64,000 nucleotides of DNA, taken from an uncultured delta proteobacterium (GTDB taxonomy: Bacteria; Myxococcota_A; Polyangia; Polyangiales; Polyangiaceae). Within the stretch, counting starts at the first letter, position 1. Every line of letters begins with the position of its first letter. The notes under the pieces are model-generated. The model was given only the letters and a program-made list of their open reading frames with translations, was not told the DNA's origin and did not search any database. Shown in pieces: positions 38,220 through 49,615 of this stretch. A program made the translations under genes and the position numbers. The stretch covers positions 224,001-288,000 of the forward strand of contig CAVOKF010000001.1 of assembly GCA_963696385.1 (NCBI GenBank), written 5' to 3'.

Positions 38220-39331
38220 TCAGAGGGTCCGCTTCATCGTCATCGTCGACAAGAACAGCATCGCGCCCGTGAACATGGCGAGAAACGCCACGTGCTGGCT
38301 TGCGGCGGAGATGTCACCGCCGCGGAAGAGAATCGCTTTGAGCGCCGCAACGGCGTGCGTCTCCGGGTCGACCTGGGCGAAGGTGCGTAGCCACCCGGGA
38401 AAGCTCGCGAGAGGGTACAGGGCTCCGCTCGGGAAAAAGAGAATGACGCTCAAGAACCCGTTGAGCACTCCTGCGATGCGCGGGTGTCCGGCCCTTCCCA
38501 TGATCATCATGGTCATCGCCAGAAGGCCCAGGCCGGTCAGGAGCATGACGCCGAAGAGCGCGGCGTAGCCCGCGGGTCCGCCGTGCACGCGCGCACCGGT
38601 CAAGAGGAATCCGATGACGAGCACCAGGCTGCTCGAGGCGAACGTCACGATCGTGCCCGACAGGAGAATCCCGAGGTTGATGTCGAGCTTGCGAAGAGGG
38701 GTCGACAGGAAACTTTCGTGAACGCCCATGAAGCGGTCCATGATCAAGTTGAAGGCGCCGCTCAACATGCTGCCCATGAAGAGCGACATCACGACGACCC
38801 CCGGGATGAGGGAGGTATCGTAGTCGACGCGAGGGTAGATCTCCTCGGGACGGATCTCGGCCGGCCCGAGGTGTTGCTCGAAGCGGACCATCGGCCGGTC
38901 GAGGGCGGGAAGTGCTGCCTGCACCGCGGCCTCGATCGCGGTGGCCGCGATGGCGTCGACGTTGTCCACGTACAGGCCGGCCGAGCCGGCGATCCCGCGA
39001 GAGAGATCGCGCGAGAACCTCGCCGGCACGATGAGCAGTCCGGAGATCCGGCCCTCGTGCAGCATGGCGAAGCCCTTCTCGGGATTGTCGAGAGGCACCA
39101 GCGTGACGGTGCCGGGTCCGTGCTCGACGGCTTGCAACGCTCCGAGGAGCTCTCTCGCCTGAGGACCCTGGTCATCGTTGACCAGGCCCAGGCGCAGCCC
39201 GGTCAGCGGGCCGTTGAGGGAATTGCCTAAAATGAGCAGGTAGACCACCGGGAGCACCACCGACGACAGGAGGGCCGCCGGGTTGCGGAAGATGCGCAAG
39301 AGGTCGCGCTCCATCACCGCCAGGATCCGCC

Positions 39332-39335
<4 letters not shown>
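38220..39335 (-). CDS. ABC-2 type exporter permease
   Basis: Multiple TM helices; FFPSGALYP..FPGWL..DPETHAV. GTGA overlap with the ATPase. Confidence 0.9.
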
Positions 39336-40330
<995 letters not shown>

Positions 40331-40342
40331 AGTAAGAGGCCT

Positions 40343-41368
40343 TCAGCGCTCGGCTCGATTCTCGATTTTGACGGAAGAGGCGGATAGCGAGGCCATCGAG
40401 ACTTCTGCCGTCATTCCGGGCCGGAGCGAGCGAGCGGGCTCGTCGATCGCGACGCGCACGAGAAACGTGCGGATGTCCGGCCGGCCCCGCTTGACGTCGC
40501 GGTTGACCGCGAAGTCGCCCTCGGCACCGATATCGATCACGTGGCCGCGGTAAACTTTCGTTGGTTCGGCCAGCACGCGCACGTCGGCGGTGTGTCCGAT
40601 CTGCAAATTGTCGAGCTGGGTCTCCTCGATGTCGAGACGAACCCAAAGCTGCGAAAGGTCCTCGACCGTCACGACGGGGGTTCCCGGCGCGGCCCACTCG
40701 CCCGGCTGGAGGTTACGCTGAACGACCAGACCGTCAAACGGGCAGAGCACCTGAGCCTCGGCAAGCTGCACCTTGGCGACTTCGAGCGCCGCTTCGGCGG
40801 TATTGACGGCGGCTCGCGCGTCCGCGACCGCCGCCTCCGAAGCGGAAACTCGACCCGCCACGGCCGCTCGGGTGGCGGTGAGCGATTCCAGATGAGCCTT
40901 TGCCTCCAGCATACGGGCTCTCGCGCCGATGAGGTCGGCGTCCGCCTCGGAGCCGCTCTCGACGAGACGCTTCGTGCGGTTGTAGTTGTACTCCGCCTCG
41001 TCGAGCGTCGCCTGGGTCTGGGCGATGTCGGCACCGGCTCCTTTCACCGTCGGGAGCGTCGCTCTCAGATTCGCTTCCGCCTCTTTGAGCGCCTCCCCCG
41101 CTTGATCCAGGTTCGCCTGCGCCTGTCCCACGTTGGCCTGCCGCTCTCGCGCGTCGAGTTGCGCGAGAAGCTGCCCTTTCTTGACGACGTCGCCTTCTCG
41201 GATGGGGATCGCGTCGACGCGACCCGCCACCTCGGACGCCACGTCCGCTACGGGGGCATCGAGAAAACCAGCATACGGGAGCGCGGAGGTCGGCTTGCAG
41301 GCGACGACCAGCAGCATCAGCGGCAGCAGCAGCAGCAGCAGCAGCGCGCGTATACCTCGAATTCGCAA
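40343..41368 (-). CDS. HlyD-family periplasmic adaptor
   Basis: VAGRV..I.IREGDVVKKGQLLAQLD, coiled coil, CPFDGLV, LRPGM. Confidence 0.9.
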   Translation of the reverse strand: MRIRGIRALLLLLLLPLMLLVVACKPTSALPYAGFLDAPVADVASEVAGRVDAIPIREGDVVKKGQLLAQLDARERQANVGQAQANLDQAGEALKEAEANLRATLPTVKGAGADIAQTQATLDEAEYNYNRTKRLVESGSEADADLIGARARMLEAKAHLESLTATRAAVAGRVSASEAAVADARAAVNTAEAALEVAKVQLAEAQVLCPFDGLVVQRNLQPGEWAAPGTPVVTVEDLSQLWVRLDIEETQLDNLQIGHTADVRVLAEPTKVYRGHVIDIGAEGDFAVNRDVKRGRPDIRTFLVRVAIDEPARSLRPGMTAEVSMASLSASSVKIENRAER

Positions 41369-41707
41369 AGGAGGTCCTCCGGGTCACGAAAAGGCAGCCG
41401 AGCGCGTTGCAGGTTGCGCGGATCGGCCGTGGCGCTCGGGAATTGCGCCGAAATTTGCGCTTGCGTCAAGGGCCGAGACGCGCGCGCCTACGGTTGACCT
41501 AGACCAATGCCCCATGGGCCCTCGGCCTCGAAATCCGTCGCGTAGGCTTGGGCGAGCGCCTGACCCACTCTGGAGTCGCGAACACGTTGGCGCTGCCGCA
41601 TGGGCTTGAAGGGTCGGTCTGCGTCGTGCACCGGCCCACGTCCTCGCCCTTAAGCCCGTCCTGAGTCCTTCCGTACCGAAATCAGGGTATCGACCTTGGG
41701 AGGAACA

Positions 41708-42403
41708 ATGGGGGGCGGCATCAGGGCACGGGTAAAGGACGGCGAGCCGGGTACGAGGCCCAAGGCGCTGAAAGCGACCGGCCGACACCCGACGGCGCGA
41801 CAGGATTTGACCCGTCTTCTCGCACACGATCTCAAGACCCCCCTCGCCGCGATCGCGATGAATCTGGACTTCGCGCTCTCCGAGATCGATGGCGAAAGCC
41901 GGGATGGCTTGAAAAGCGCGTTGGAGGACTGCCGGTACGCCAATGCATGCGCCATTCGCATCGTGTCGGATATGGCGGACGTCGTCCGCTTGGCGACCGG
42001 GGATTATCGTCCCACGCTTTCCGAGGTGGATCCGTTGGACCTTCTCGGCGGCGTCATGCGTCGTGCTGCCGACGATGCGAACGCCCGTGGCGTTCGGATC
42101 GAGTGGTCGGCCGAAGGCGGCATCATCGCTGCGGACGCCGATTTGCTGGCTCGCGCGCTCGACCGTCTCGTCGAGCGCGCCCTTCGTCACGCCCGCGGCG
42201 GCACCGTCGTGACGCTGGAGTATGCCCGTGGGGCGATTGTCATTCGCGTCGACTCGGCGTCCAGCAGCGTACCCGACGCAAGCGCCTGCGCGCTCGCCAT
42301 TCGCTTCGCCGAAGCCGCCCTCAACGCACAAGGCGGCGCCTTTCAAGACGAATCCGACGGGCTCGGGCGTCTCACCTATCGGGTGACGCCGGCCATGGCT
42401 TGA
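41708..42403 (+). CDS. Histidine-kinase-like protein: DHp plus degenerate ATPase domain, no sensor
   Basis: GGAGG RBS; H-box LAHDLKTPL; N-box position reads LVERALRH; no DxGxG or GxGL boxes. Confidence 0.7.
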   Translation: MGGGIRARVKDGEPGTRPKALKATGRHPTARQDLTRLLAHDLKTPLAAIAMNLDFALSEIDGESRDGLKSALEDCRYANACAIRIVSDMADVVRLATGDYRPTLSEVDPLDLLGGVMRRAADDANARGVRIEWSAEGGIIAADADLLARALDRLVERALRHARGGTVVTLEYARGAIVIRVDSASSSVPDASACALAIRFAEAALNAQGGAFQDESDGLGRLTYRVTPAMA

Positions 42404-42630
42404 TCGCCGCGGCCCGCGCCGCGCGCCAAGCCAAGCCGGCGCTATAGCGAGTTCGGCGCGCAGTCGGACCGCTGGCACGCGCGAACGCCGCGCGCTAGGA
42501 GCCGTAAGCTTGTGCCCGGCTTTGGTGGGCCTTTCCGCCCGTTGCGGCACCGTCCGAGACGGGACCTATCGCCGTTTGCGAGCTGGCGCGGCATGCTATC
42601 GATGGGGTCTTGGTCTCCCGAGGCACCCCC

Positions 42631-43551
42631 ATGGCTCTCGACGCATCTCTCCGAACACGCATTTCCGACCTCGTGACCCAGAACCGGGTGGTTCTGTTCA
42701 TGAAGGGAACTCGGCAGTCGCCCCAGTGCGGGTTTTCCGCCCAGGTGGTGCAAATCCTCGACGGACTCTTGCCGAGCTACGAAACGGTCGACGTGCTCCG
42801 TTCCCCCGAAATTCGAGCCGGTATCAAAGATTTTTCGGAGTGGCCGACGATTCCGCAATTGTACGTGGATGGGAGATTCGTCGGCGGCTGCGACATCGTG
42901 GGCGAGATGAATCGGTCTGGAGCGCTCGCGAGGCTTCTGGGCGCGAGCGTGCCAGAGCCGACGGTGCCGTCGGTCACGATGAGTCAGGCCGCCGTCAAAG
43001 CGTTCGAAGCGGCTCTCGGTGAGGCGGCCGGAGATTCGCTGCGTCTCGGGATCGACGCCGATTGGCAGAATGAGCTCTTCATCGCACCGCGCGAGCCCGG
43101 CGATACCGAAGTCCTCGTGTCCGGACTGACGCTGCTCCTCGATGGCCCGAGTGTGCGACGGGCCGATGGCGTGCACATCGATTTCGTCGAGGGCCCCGGC
43201 GGCGGCTTCCGGATCGACAACCCCAACGCGCCGCCAATCGTCAAGCCGCTGACCGCGGCGGAGCTCAAGTCGCGACTCGATCGGGGCGACATTGCGCTCT
43301 TCGATGTCAGGCCGGACGACGAGCGCGCGTTGGCCCACATTGCGGCCGCGCGGCCTCTCGATGCCGCAGGACACGCGATTCTGTCGGGGCTCGACCGCAG
43401 CACCCCCATCGCGTTGCTGTGCCATCACGGGGTTCGGAGCCTCGACGCCGCCGAGCGGCTGATCCGCCAAGGCTACCGCAACGTCTACAACGTGAAGGGC
43501 GGCATCGACGCCTGGTCTCAGACCGTCAATCCGGCGGTGCCGCGCTACTAA
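42631..43551 (+). CDS. grxD: Monothiol glutaredoxin (Grx4) fused to a HesB-like domain and rhodanese
   Basis: LFMKG..PQCGFS, WPTIPQLY, GGCDI; IDFV..GFRIDNPN; DVRP..CHHGVRS..GGIDAWS..VPRY. Confidence 0.9.
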   Translation: MALDASLRTRISDLVTQNRVVLFMKGTRQSPQCGFSAQVVQILDGLLPSYETVDVLRSPEIRAGIKDFSEWPTIPQLYVDGRFVGGCDIVGEMNRSGALARLLGASVPEPTVPSVTMSQAAVKAFEAALGEAAGDSLRLGIDADWQNELFIAPREPGDTEVLVSGLTLLLDGPSVRRADGVHIDFVEGPGGGFRIDNPNAPPIVKPLTAAELKSRLDRGDIALFDVRPDDERALAHIAAARPLDAAGHAILSGLDRSTPIALLCHHGVRSLDAAERLIRQGYRNVYNVKGGIDAWSQTVNPAVPRY

Positions 43552-43568
43552 AGGGACAAGGATCGATC

Positions 43569-43829
43569 ATGGGTTCCCATCCGACCGATTTCCAAGGGTC
43601 TGTCGTCGACGCGCTTCGCGAGGCCATCGAGCGGCAGATCCCCGGTTGCCACGCCGACGTCACCGGCGGAGGCGGACACTTCAGCATCGATGTGACGTCT
43701 TCGGCCTTCGCCGGCAAGAGCCTGCTCGAGAGTCAGCGAATGGTCTACGGGGCTATCGCTCACCTGATGAAAGGCGACTTGGCGCCCGTGCATGCGGTCG
43801 ACCGGCTGCAGACCCGAGTCCCGACGTAA
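43569..43829 (+). CDS. BolA/IbaG-family protein
   Basis: GGHFSIDVTSSAFAGKS..QRMVY.AI..VHAV; follows Grx4. Confidence 0.88.
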   Translation: MGSHPTDFQGSVVDALREAIERQIPGCHADVTGGGGHFSIDVTSSAFAGKSLLESQRMVYGAIAHLMKGDLAPVHAVDRLQTRVPT

Positions 43830-43878
43830 TCCTCGGTACGAAAGCGATGCCCCGCTTTCCCCAAGGGCAAAACAGGCC

Positions 43879-45176
43879 ATGCACGAGACGCTTCACGCCT
43901 ATCCGCGCGACCTTGTCGCCTTCGTTCGGCGACGTTGGCCCGACGACGTACGCTGGACGGCCACGGGCGAAGTTCGGCTCGAACGATTGGTTTCGACCGC
44001 CTACCAGGCTTCGTTGCTCCGCGACGAAGGGCGCGTGACGTCGTTCCGCCTCCTCGTCGCGTCGCCCGAGTCGTTGCCGGAGGCTGGCCATCCGCCGATG
44101 GGCCTTCACCGGCTCCGATTCCAAGAAGCGCGGCCGTTCGAGGCCAACGAGATCCGGAGCTTGACTCCGGCGGCGGCGTACCATCGGGCGCTCATCGGGG
44201 TCTCCGAAAGCAACGACGAAAGCAACGAGGAGCTCGCGATCTGGGGTCTCATTCAGTCGGGCCCCCGCTGGTTGCAAGCCTCGACCGGGGGTCGAGTGAA
44301 CGAACCGACTCTTCCCCGTGCGTTGGTCATCCGCGTATCGCGTCCGGGCCATGTGGCCGTGGCCCTCGGCAACCGTACGATCGCCGAGCTGAGTTCGGGT
44401 CGTCTGACGGATTTTGCCGTGGATGTGTTCGAATCCCAATGGTTGCCCGATCGCTTCGCGACCGTCCGAGGCGAGCTCGAGGCCGTCGTTGCCGAACGGG
44501 GCGCAGGGGTCACACCTGCGTGGCGCCCACTCGACCCGAGCCTCGTACGCAGTCTGTCGGCCCAGATGTTCAAGCGCGTGATCGCCACGATCCGCGCCGC
44601 GCACCACGGTGGGACGGTGTTGTTGCTGCCGCCGGAGTGCGCGCAACACATCGCGAACGAACGATTCGTCAGGCTCAAATACGCGTTCGTCGACGAGGAG
44701 CCTCGTAGGCGTTACCGGACGCTCGTGACGCAGGTGCTCACGGCGATGGCGAAGGACTCGCCGGGCGATCCATCGCCGGCGGGGTGGGAGACGTACCGCA
44801 AGTGCCGGAGTTCGGATCTGGGCGAAGTGGACGAAGCCATTTTCGAAGTCAGTCACCTGTTGGCGTCTCTGGCGAACGTCGACGGCGCGGTGGTCTTGAC
44901 GAAGCGATTCGAGATTCTGGGGTTCGGGGGGAAATTGCGGGTGACTTGGCCGAGGTCCATACGGTCCAGCGTGCGCTCAACCTCGAGGGTACCCACTGGG
45001 AGGCGGAGCGCGTCGATGAGGTCGGGACGCGACACCGATCGGCTTACCGGCTCTGTGCCCGGTTTCATGATGCGCTGGCGGTCGTCATCTCGCAGGATGG
45101 GTCGGTGCGGTTCATCGCCTGGCATGCCGGGGGAGTGACCTACTGGGACCACGCCTCGATCGCTGCGGAGGGGTGA
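43879..45176 (+). pseudogene. Putative sensor plus DisA_N/DAC (diadenylate cyclase-like) protein, -1 frameshift in the G-run at 44926-44931
   Basis: SLLRDEGR and AHHGGTVL, then ANVDGAVVL..ILGFGG. Adding one G continues EIAGDL..GTRHRSAY..VVISQDGSV. Confidence 0.8.
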
Positions 45177-45185
45177 GCGCGGTCG

Positions 45186-45608
45186 TCAACCGCCGGACGG
45201 GCTCGCGCCGGCACAGGCATCGACGCCGTCAGAGGACTTCTCGCAGTCCCAGATGCCGTCCGAACACGAACAACTCCACGAAGTGAGTACGCCTGGGCAT
45301 ACCTCGGCGGCCGCTGCGCACGATTGACCCGTCGAGCACGATCCCGAGGGAAGTCCGCTGTCGGACGTGACCACGGTCGCCCCGTCGTAACTGACCGCGT
45401 TCGGGTCCTGGCAGGCGAGCGTGATGTCTCCGATGGGAAGGCACGAGCCCGTGCAGGTCGAAGCGGAGGCATCCGGCGTGGCAGACGACGCTGGGGCAGG
45501 CGAGGGTGCGGCGCTGTCGCCCGAACAACCACCCAGCGTGGCGCTCCAGGCGAAAGCGGCCCCGAAGAAGAAGCGAAGGCACGTCGCAGAGACGGCAAGG
45601 CGAAGCAT
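45186..45608 (-). CDS. Small Cys-rich lipoprotein
   Basis: LGGC lipobox; several Cys (CSCSDGIWDC). Confidence 0.65.
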   Translation of the reverse strand: MLRLAVSATCLRFFFGAAFAWSATLGGCSGDSAAPSPAPASSATPDASASTCTGSCLPIGDITLACQDPNAVSYDGATVVTSDSGLPSGSCSTGQSCAAAAEVCPGVLTSWSCSCSDGIWDCEKSSDGVDACAGASPSGG

Positions 45609-45710
45609 ATTCGTTACGGTAGCAAGAGGCTAACCCAAGGGCTCGACGAGCGAGGACCCGGAAAGTGGCCCGGGTGGCTGAGGCCAGGGTGTGCCAGTCC
45701 GACTTTTCGG

Positions 45711-47069
45711 TCACGCTCGGTCGACCCGGTGCGACGTGCGCGCTACGCCACCCGTCGGCGCTCGCGCATCGCCGGCCCGGACCGCCGAATCAGCCTGGCC
45801 ACTTCCCCGTTGCGCAGGCGGCAGTGCTCTCTCTGTCGCGTGCGTGATGAGCCGCGCGCCGCGTTTGTAGGTCACGTACGCCCAGAACCACTCGAACATC
45901 ACGATCGCGCGGTTGCGGAACCCGATCAGGTACCAGATGTGGACGATCAGCCACGCGAGCCATGCGATGAAGCCGCTGAGCTTCAACCCGAACGGCTCCG
46001 CCACGGCCCGGGATCGGCCGATCGTCGCCATGATTCCCTTGTCGAAGTAGTGGAAGCGGCCTCGTGAGGTGCGCTGGATCGTCCGCTCGATCGCGCGCGC
46101 CACGAACTGGCCCCCCTGCATGGCCACCTGGCTCACTCCCGGCAGCAGGTTGCCGTCCTGCTCGAAGTGGATGACGTCTCCGATCGCGAACGCCTCGGGA
46201 TGACCGGGGATCGAGAGATCCTCGCCCACCAGGATGCGCCCTTGCGGGTCGACGGGCACTCCGAGGGTCCCGACGATCTCGGACACCTGGACACCGGCGG
46301 CCCACACGACGGTCGCGGCGTCGATCCGCTCGCTCCCGAGCTCGACGCCGCGCGCATCGATCCCGGTCACCCTCGCCCCCGTCCGCACGACGACCCCCAG
46401 CTCTTCGAGTTGATCGACGGCCTTCGCGGAGAGCGTGGGGTCGAAGCTCGGAAGGATGCGCGGTCCCGCCTCGAGCAACATCACGCGCGCCTCTTCGGGA
46501 CGGATCGCGCGGAAGTCCTTCCGGAGCACGAAGCGCCGTAGCTCGGCGAACGCCCCGGCAAGCTCGACGCCGGTCGGGCCGCCGCCGATGGCGACGAACG
46601 TCAGCAGCCGCGTGCGCTCGGTCTCGTCCGCTTCGCGCTCTGCCCGCTCGAAGGCGAGGAGCGTTCGACGTCGTACGTCGATGGCGTCGTCGAGCGACTT
46701 CAATCCGGGGGCGTACGGCTCCCATTCGGGGTGCCCGAAGTAGTTCGTGCGTGCTCCTGCCGCCAGCACGAGAAAGTCGTAGGAGGTCTCTCCGTCCGCG
46801 AAGACGACGCGCTTCGCGGTGAGGTCGATTCGCGTGACGGTGGCGAGCAGGACCTCCAGGTTCTCCTGCCCCGAAAGGATCGATCGAATCGGCGAAGCGA
46901 TGTCGGCGGGAGAGAGGCCGGCACTCGCCACTTGGTAGAGCAGCGGCTGAAAGACGTGATGGTTCGTGCGGTCGACGAGCGTCACGCGCACGCGGACGCG
47001 CGCCAGCTTTTTCGCGGCGATCAGGCCACCGAACCCTCCGCCGACGATCACCACCTTCGGCTCTGTCAT
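45711..47069 (-). CDS. ndh: Type II NADH dehydrogenase
   Basis: IVGGGFGG, FQPLLYQVA, IGGGPTGVELAG, WAAGV, AIGD, DKGIMATIGR. Confidence 0.93.
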   Translation of the reverse strand: MTEPKVVIVGGGFGGLIAAKKLARVRVRVTLVDRTNHHVFQPLLYQVASAGLSPADIASPIRSILSGQENLEVLLATVTRIDLTAKRVVFADGETSYDFLVLAAGARTNYFGHPEWEPYAPGLKSLDDAIDVRRRTLLAFERAEREADETERTRLLTFVAIGGGPTGVELAGAFAELRRFVLRKDFRAIRPEEARVMLLEAGPRILPSFDPTLSAKAVDQLEELGVVVRTGARVTGIDARGVELGSERIDAATVVWAAGVQVSEIVGTLGVPVDPQGRILVGEDLSIPGHPEAFAIGDVIHFEQDGNLLPGVSQVAMQGGQFVARAIERTIQRTSRGRFHYFDKGIMATIGRSRAVAEPFGLKLSGFIAWLAWLIVHIWYLIGFRNRAIVMFEWFWAYVTYKRGARLITHATERALPPAQRGSGQADSAVRAGDARAPTGGVARTSHRVDRA

Positions 47070-47306
47070 CCTCTGCCGGATCCTCCCTTCGCTTTTGCGT
47101 GTCGCGGCGCTCGCCGAGCCCCCCTTTTCGCTTAGGGCCTGCGGCGCCGAGCGACCAGTCCCGCCGCGCGTGGCGCGGGGGTCTAACGCCCGCGGTATCG
47201 CGGACGATCGGTGTAGGATGGGCGCGTTCGCGAAGCCGAGTGGCCGCGCTCGATGTCGAGCGACTCGATCGCCCGCGTCTGCGCGCAACGGCGAAGGACA
47301 AAAAGC

Positions 47307-48326
47307 ATGGTCGACAACGGGTCGGAAACGGGCGTGGGCCTCGTGCTCGCAGGAGCGGTGGCGCAAGGCGCTTTCGGCGCCGGCGCGGTGAGCGCGTTTG
47401 CGAACCAGCAACCGAGGATCCTGCAGATCGCTGGCACGAGCTCCGGCGCGCTCAACGCCGTTGTCGTGGCGGCGGGCGTTGCCACCGGACAGCTCGATCG
47501 TGCGACATCCATCCTCACGAGACTCTGGCTCGATCACGGAGCGTGGACGGACGTCGCGCACTTTCGCGTCAACGACTGGTTTCACGCCCGTGGTCTGCTC
47601 GACACGAAGCGGTTGAGCGAAATCGTCCAAGATGGCATTGGCGAGGTCCTGCAGGGATGGGGGGGCGCTTCCCCGAGAGCCCCCGTCAACGTGACGCTCG
47701 TCGCGACCAACCTCGATGGCCGCCCGGGGCCGGCGAGTGCGGTCTGCTTGCCCACCTACGAGCAACCGATCCAGTTTACAGCGGAGGACTTTGTCGATTC
47801 GGCCAAGTGGCCGCTCATCGCCAATGCGGCCGTCGCCTCGGCAACATTTCCCGGCCTCTTTTCGCCCACCAAGGCCACCGCCGCCGACGGAGCTCCCTGC
47901 ATCGACGGCGGCGCGGTGAACAATGCCCCCATCTCGTACGTGCTCGAGGACGCGCGGGTCCACAAGGTCGTCGTCGTGACGAGTGCCTCGTCCCGGTGGG
48001 CCGTGAGGTCCGACTTCGGCGGCGCCGATCTCGCCGCCAAGGTCGCCGACGCGCTGATTCAGGAGCGCGTGGCCCACGACCTCGTCGCCGCCCATAAGGC
48101 CAACCGGCGCTATGAGGCTATCGGGCGAGCGCTCGACGAGTCGAACGTGCAGGCCAGCGTGAAGACACGAGTGCTCGAAGCGTCGGGGTACCGCATGGTC
48201 GACCTCTATTTGGTTCGTCCCGATCCGCCGCTCATCGGCGATGCGTTCTCGGGCTTCTGTAGCCGTTCGCAACGAAGTAGCTATATCGAGGCGGGTCGGA
48301 GCGCCCCGATGATTCGCGTCGAGTAG
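47307..48326 (+). CDS. Patatin-like phospholipase
   Basis: LVLAGAVAQGAF, GTSSG nucleophile, ASATFP, IDGG. Confidence 0.88.
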   Translation: MVDNGSETGVGLVLAGAVAQGAFGAGAVSAFANQQPRILQIAGTSSGALNAVVVAAGVATGQLDRATSILTRLWLDHGAWTDVAHFRVNDWFHARGLLDTKRLSEIVQDGIGEVLQGWGGASPRAPVNVTLVATNLDGRPGPASAVCLPTYEQPIQFTAEDFVDSAKWPLIANAAVASATFPGLFSPTKATAADGAPCIDGGAVNNAPISYVLEDARVHKVVVVTSASSRWAVRSDFGGADLAAKVADALIQERVAHDLVAAHKANRRYEAIGRALDESNVQASVKTRVLEASGYRMVDLYLVRPDPPLIGDAFSGFCSRSQRSSYIEAGRSAPMIRVE

Positions 48327-48434
48327 CGGCGTATGGACGACGCCAGGATCGGCGCAAAACCGCGGGTCGTGGCACTCGCCTCGAAGCACGCGGGCGTGGA
48401 CGACTCGCCGACGATCCGACCCGGGTAACCGCCG

Positions 48435-49196
48435 ATGTTCGACATCTTCAAGACCCGCCGCCGCGCTCTGCTTCGCAAAGAACCGTTCACCGAGGCGGAG
48501 CGTGCGATCGTGAAGAAGAACGTCCCCTATGTGGCGCGACTCGACGAAGCCGATCGGCATGAGATCGAAGGGCTCGTGCGCATCTTCTTGGCGGAAAAAT
48601 CCTTCGAAGGGTGCGGCGGACTCGATCTCACCGAAGAGATCAAGGTCACGATCGCCGCGCAGGCCTGCCGCCTTCTTCTTCATCGCGACACCGATGTCTA
48701 TCCCGACGTCGCCTCGATCCTCGTGTATCCGAGCGCGTACCGAGCTCCCGGCCAAAGCGCGGAGGGGGGCATCGTGCTCGAAGGCGGGCAAGCCCGTCTC
48801 GGCGAGTCGTGGATGAGCGGCGTCGTCGTGCTGGCTTGGGATCACGTGAAGTCCGACGCCACGCAGCCGGCCCACGGGCAGAACGTCGTGCTTCACGAGT
48901 TCGCGCACCAACTCGACGGCGAGGACGGTTCGATGGACGGGGCGCCCGACCTGGGCGCGCGCGCGAGGTACACGTCCTGGGCGCGCGTGCTCGGCGAGGA
49001 GTTCGCCGATCTCGTGCAGAAGGTCCACGCGGGTCGCCCGACCGACATCGACGCGTACGGCGCGACGAATCCCGCCGAGTTCTTTGCCGTGGCCACCGAG
49101 ATGTTCTTCGAGAAGTCGCGCGCGATGAAGCAGCGCCATCCCGATCTCTACGGCGAGCTCGTGGCGTTTTACAAACAGGATCCTGCCGCCCAGTGA
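48435..49196 (+). CDS. Zinc-dependent peptidase, M90/MtfA family
   Basis: IAAQAC, LGESW, NVVLHEFAHQLD, YGATNPAEFFAVATE.FFE. Confidence 0.92.
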   Translation: MFDIFKTRRRALLRKEPFTEAERAIVKKNVPYVARLDEADRHEIEGLVRIFLAEKSFEGCGGLDLTEEIKVTIAAQACRLLLHRDTDVYPDVASILVYPSAYRAPGQSAEGGIVLEGGQARLGESWMSGVVVLAWDHVKSDATQPAHGQNVVLHEFAHQLDGEDGSMDGAPDLGARARYTSWARVLGEEFADLVQKVHAGRPTDIDAYGATNPAEFFAVATEMFFEKSRAMKQRHPDLYGELVAFYKQDPAAQ

Positions 49197-49429
49197 GTGC
49201 CGTGCTACTCGTCCGAGCGCAACCGATGAGTGCTCCCCCGGCTTGCAAGGTCTGCGGCCATCCGGTCGTCGCCGCCAAGAACCACGACATTCCGGCGCCG
49301 AAGTCGGTGCAGATGTTCCCGAAATTCAAGTGCAAGTGCGGCAAGGCGGCGTACGTGCGCTGCTTCAACGGCCTCGGGACGATCTGGATCGAGTGCGAGG
49401 ATGGGCACGGCGCAGGGCGGCCCGCCTAG
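49193..49429 (+). CDS. Small Cys-rich protein (possible zinc finger)
   Basis: GTG overlaps the MtfA stop (alternative ATG 49226); CKVC..CKC..C..C..H. Confidence 0.55.
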   Translation: MSAVLLVRAQPMSAPPACKVCGHPVVAAKNHDIPAPKSVQMFPKFKCKCGKAAYVRCFNGLGTIWIECEDGHGAGRPA

Positions 49430-49586
49430 GCGAGGGGATTCGGGGCCTCGGATCCGGCGTGCGTCGCGCACGGATTGCGCGCCCACGAACCCGCTGCGGT
49501 CCGGCCGGCCACGACGACGAGCTCGCCGCCGTGCGTGTCGCAAACCGGCCGTTCGGGCGATCGCGGATGAGGTCCTCGGACCGCGG

Positions 49587-49602
49587 TGGCCCGGTGCGTG
49601 CA
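49587..49602 (+). promoter_or_regulatory. Putative sigma-54 promoter
   Basis: TGGCCCG-GTGC-GTGCA, upstream of ATG 49616. Confidence 0.5.
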
Positions 49603-49615
49603 GTGCTCTCATGTC

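Noticed and set aside
41324..41344. (CAG)7 tract as a phase-variation switch
   Set aside because: It is an in-frame trinucleotide encoding poly-Leu in the signal peptide; length changes keep the frame.
47181..47220. GTCTAAC as an integron attC end
   Set aside because: No matching GTTRRRY partner, no cassette array and no integrase.
43879..48326. DAC plus patatin as a CBASS-like cyclase/effector operon
   Set aside because: They are separated by two opposite-strand genes (lipoprotein, ndh), and there are no CD-NTase or Cap genes.
47070..49139. N-terminal 690 aa of the 1142-aa ORF as an Ndh fusion
   Set aside because: It is antisense to the patatin and MtfA genes. Ndh starts at ATG 47069 after a GGAAG/AGAGG-type RBS.
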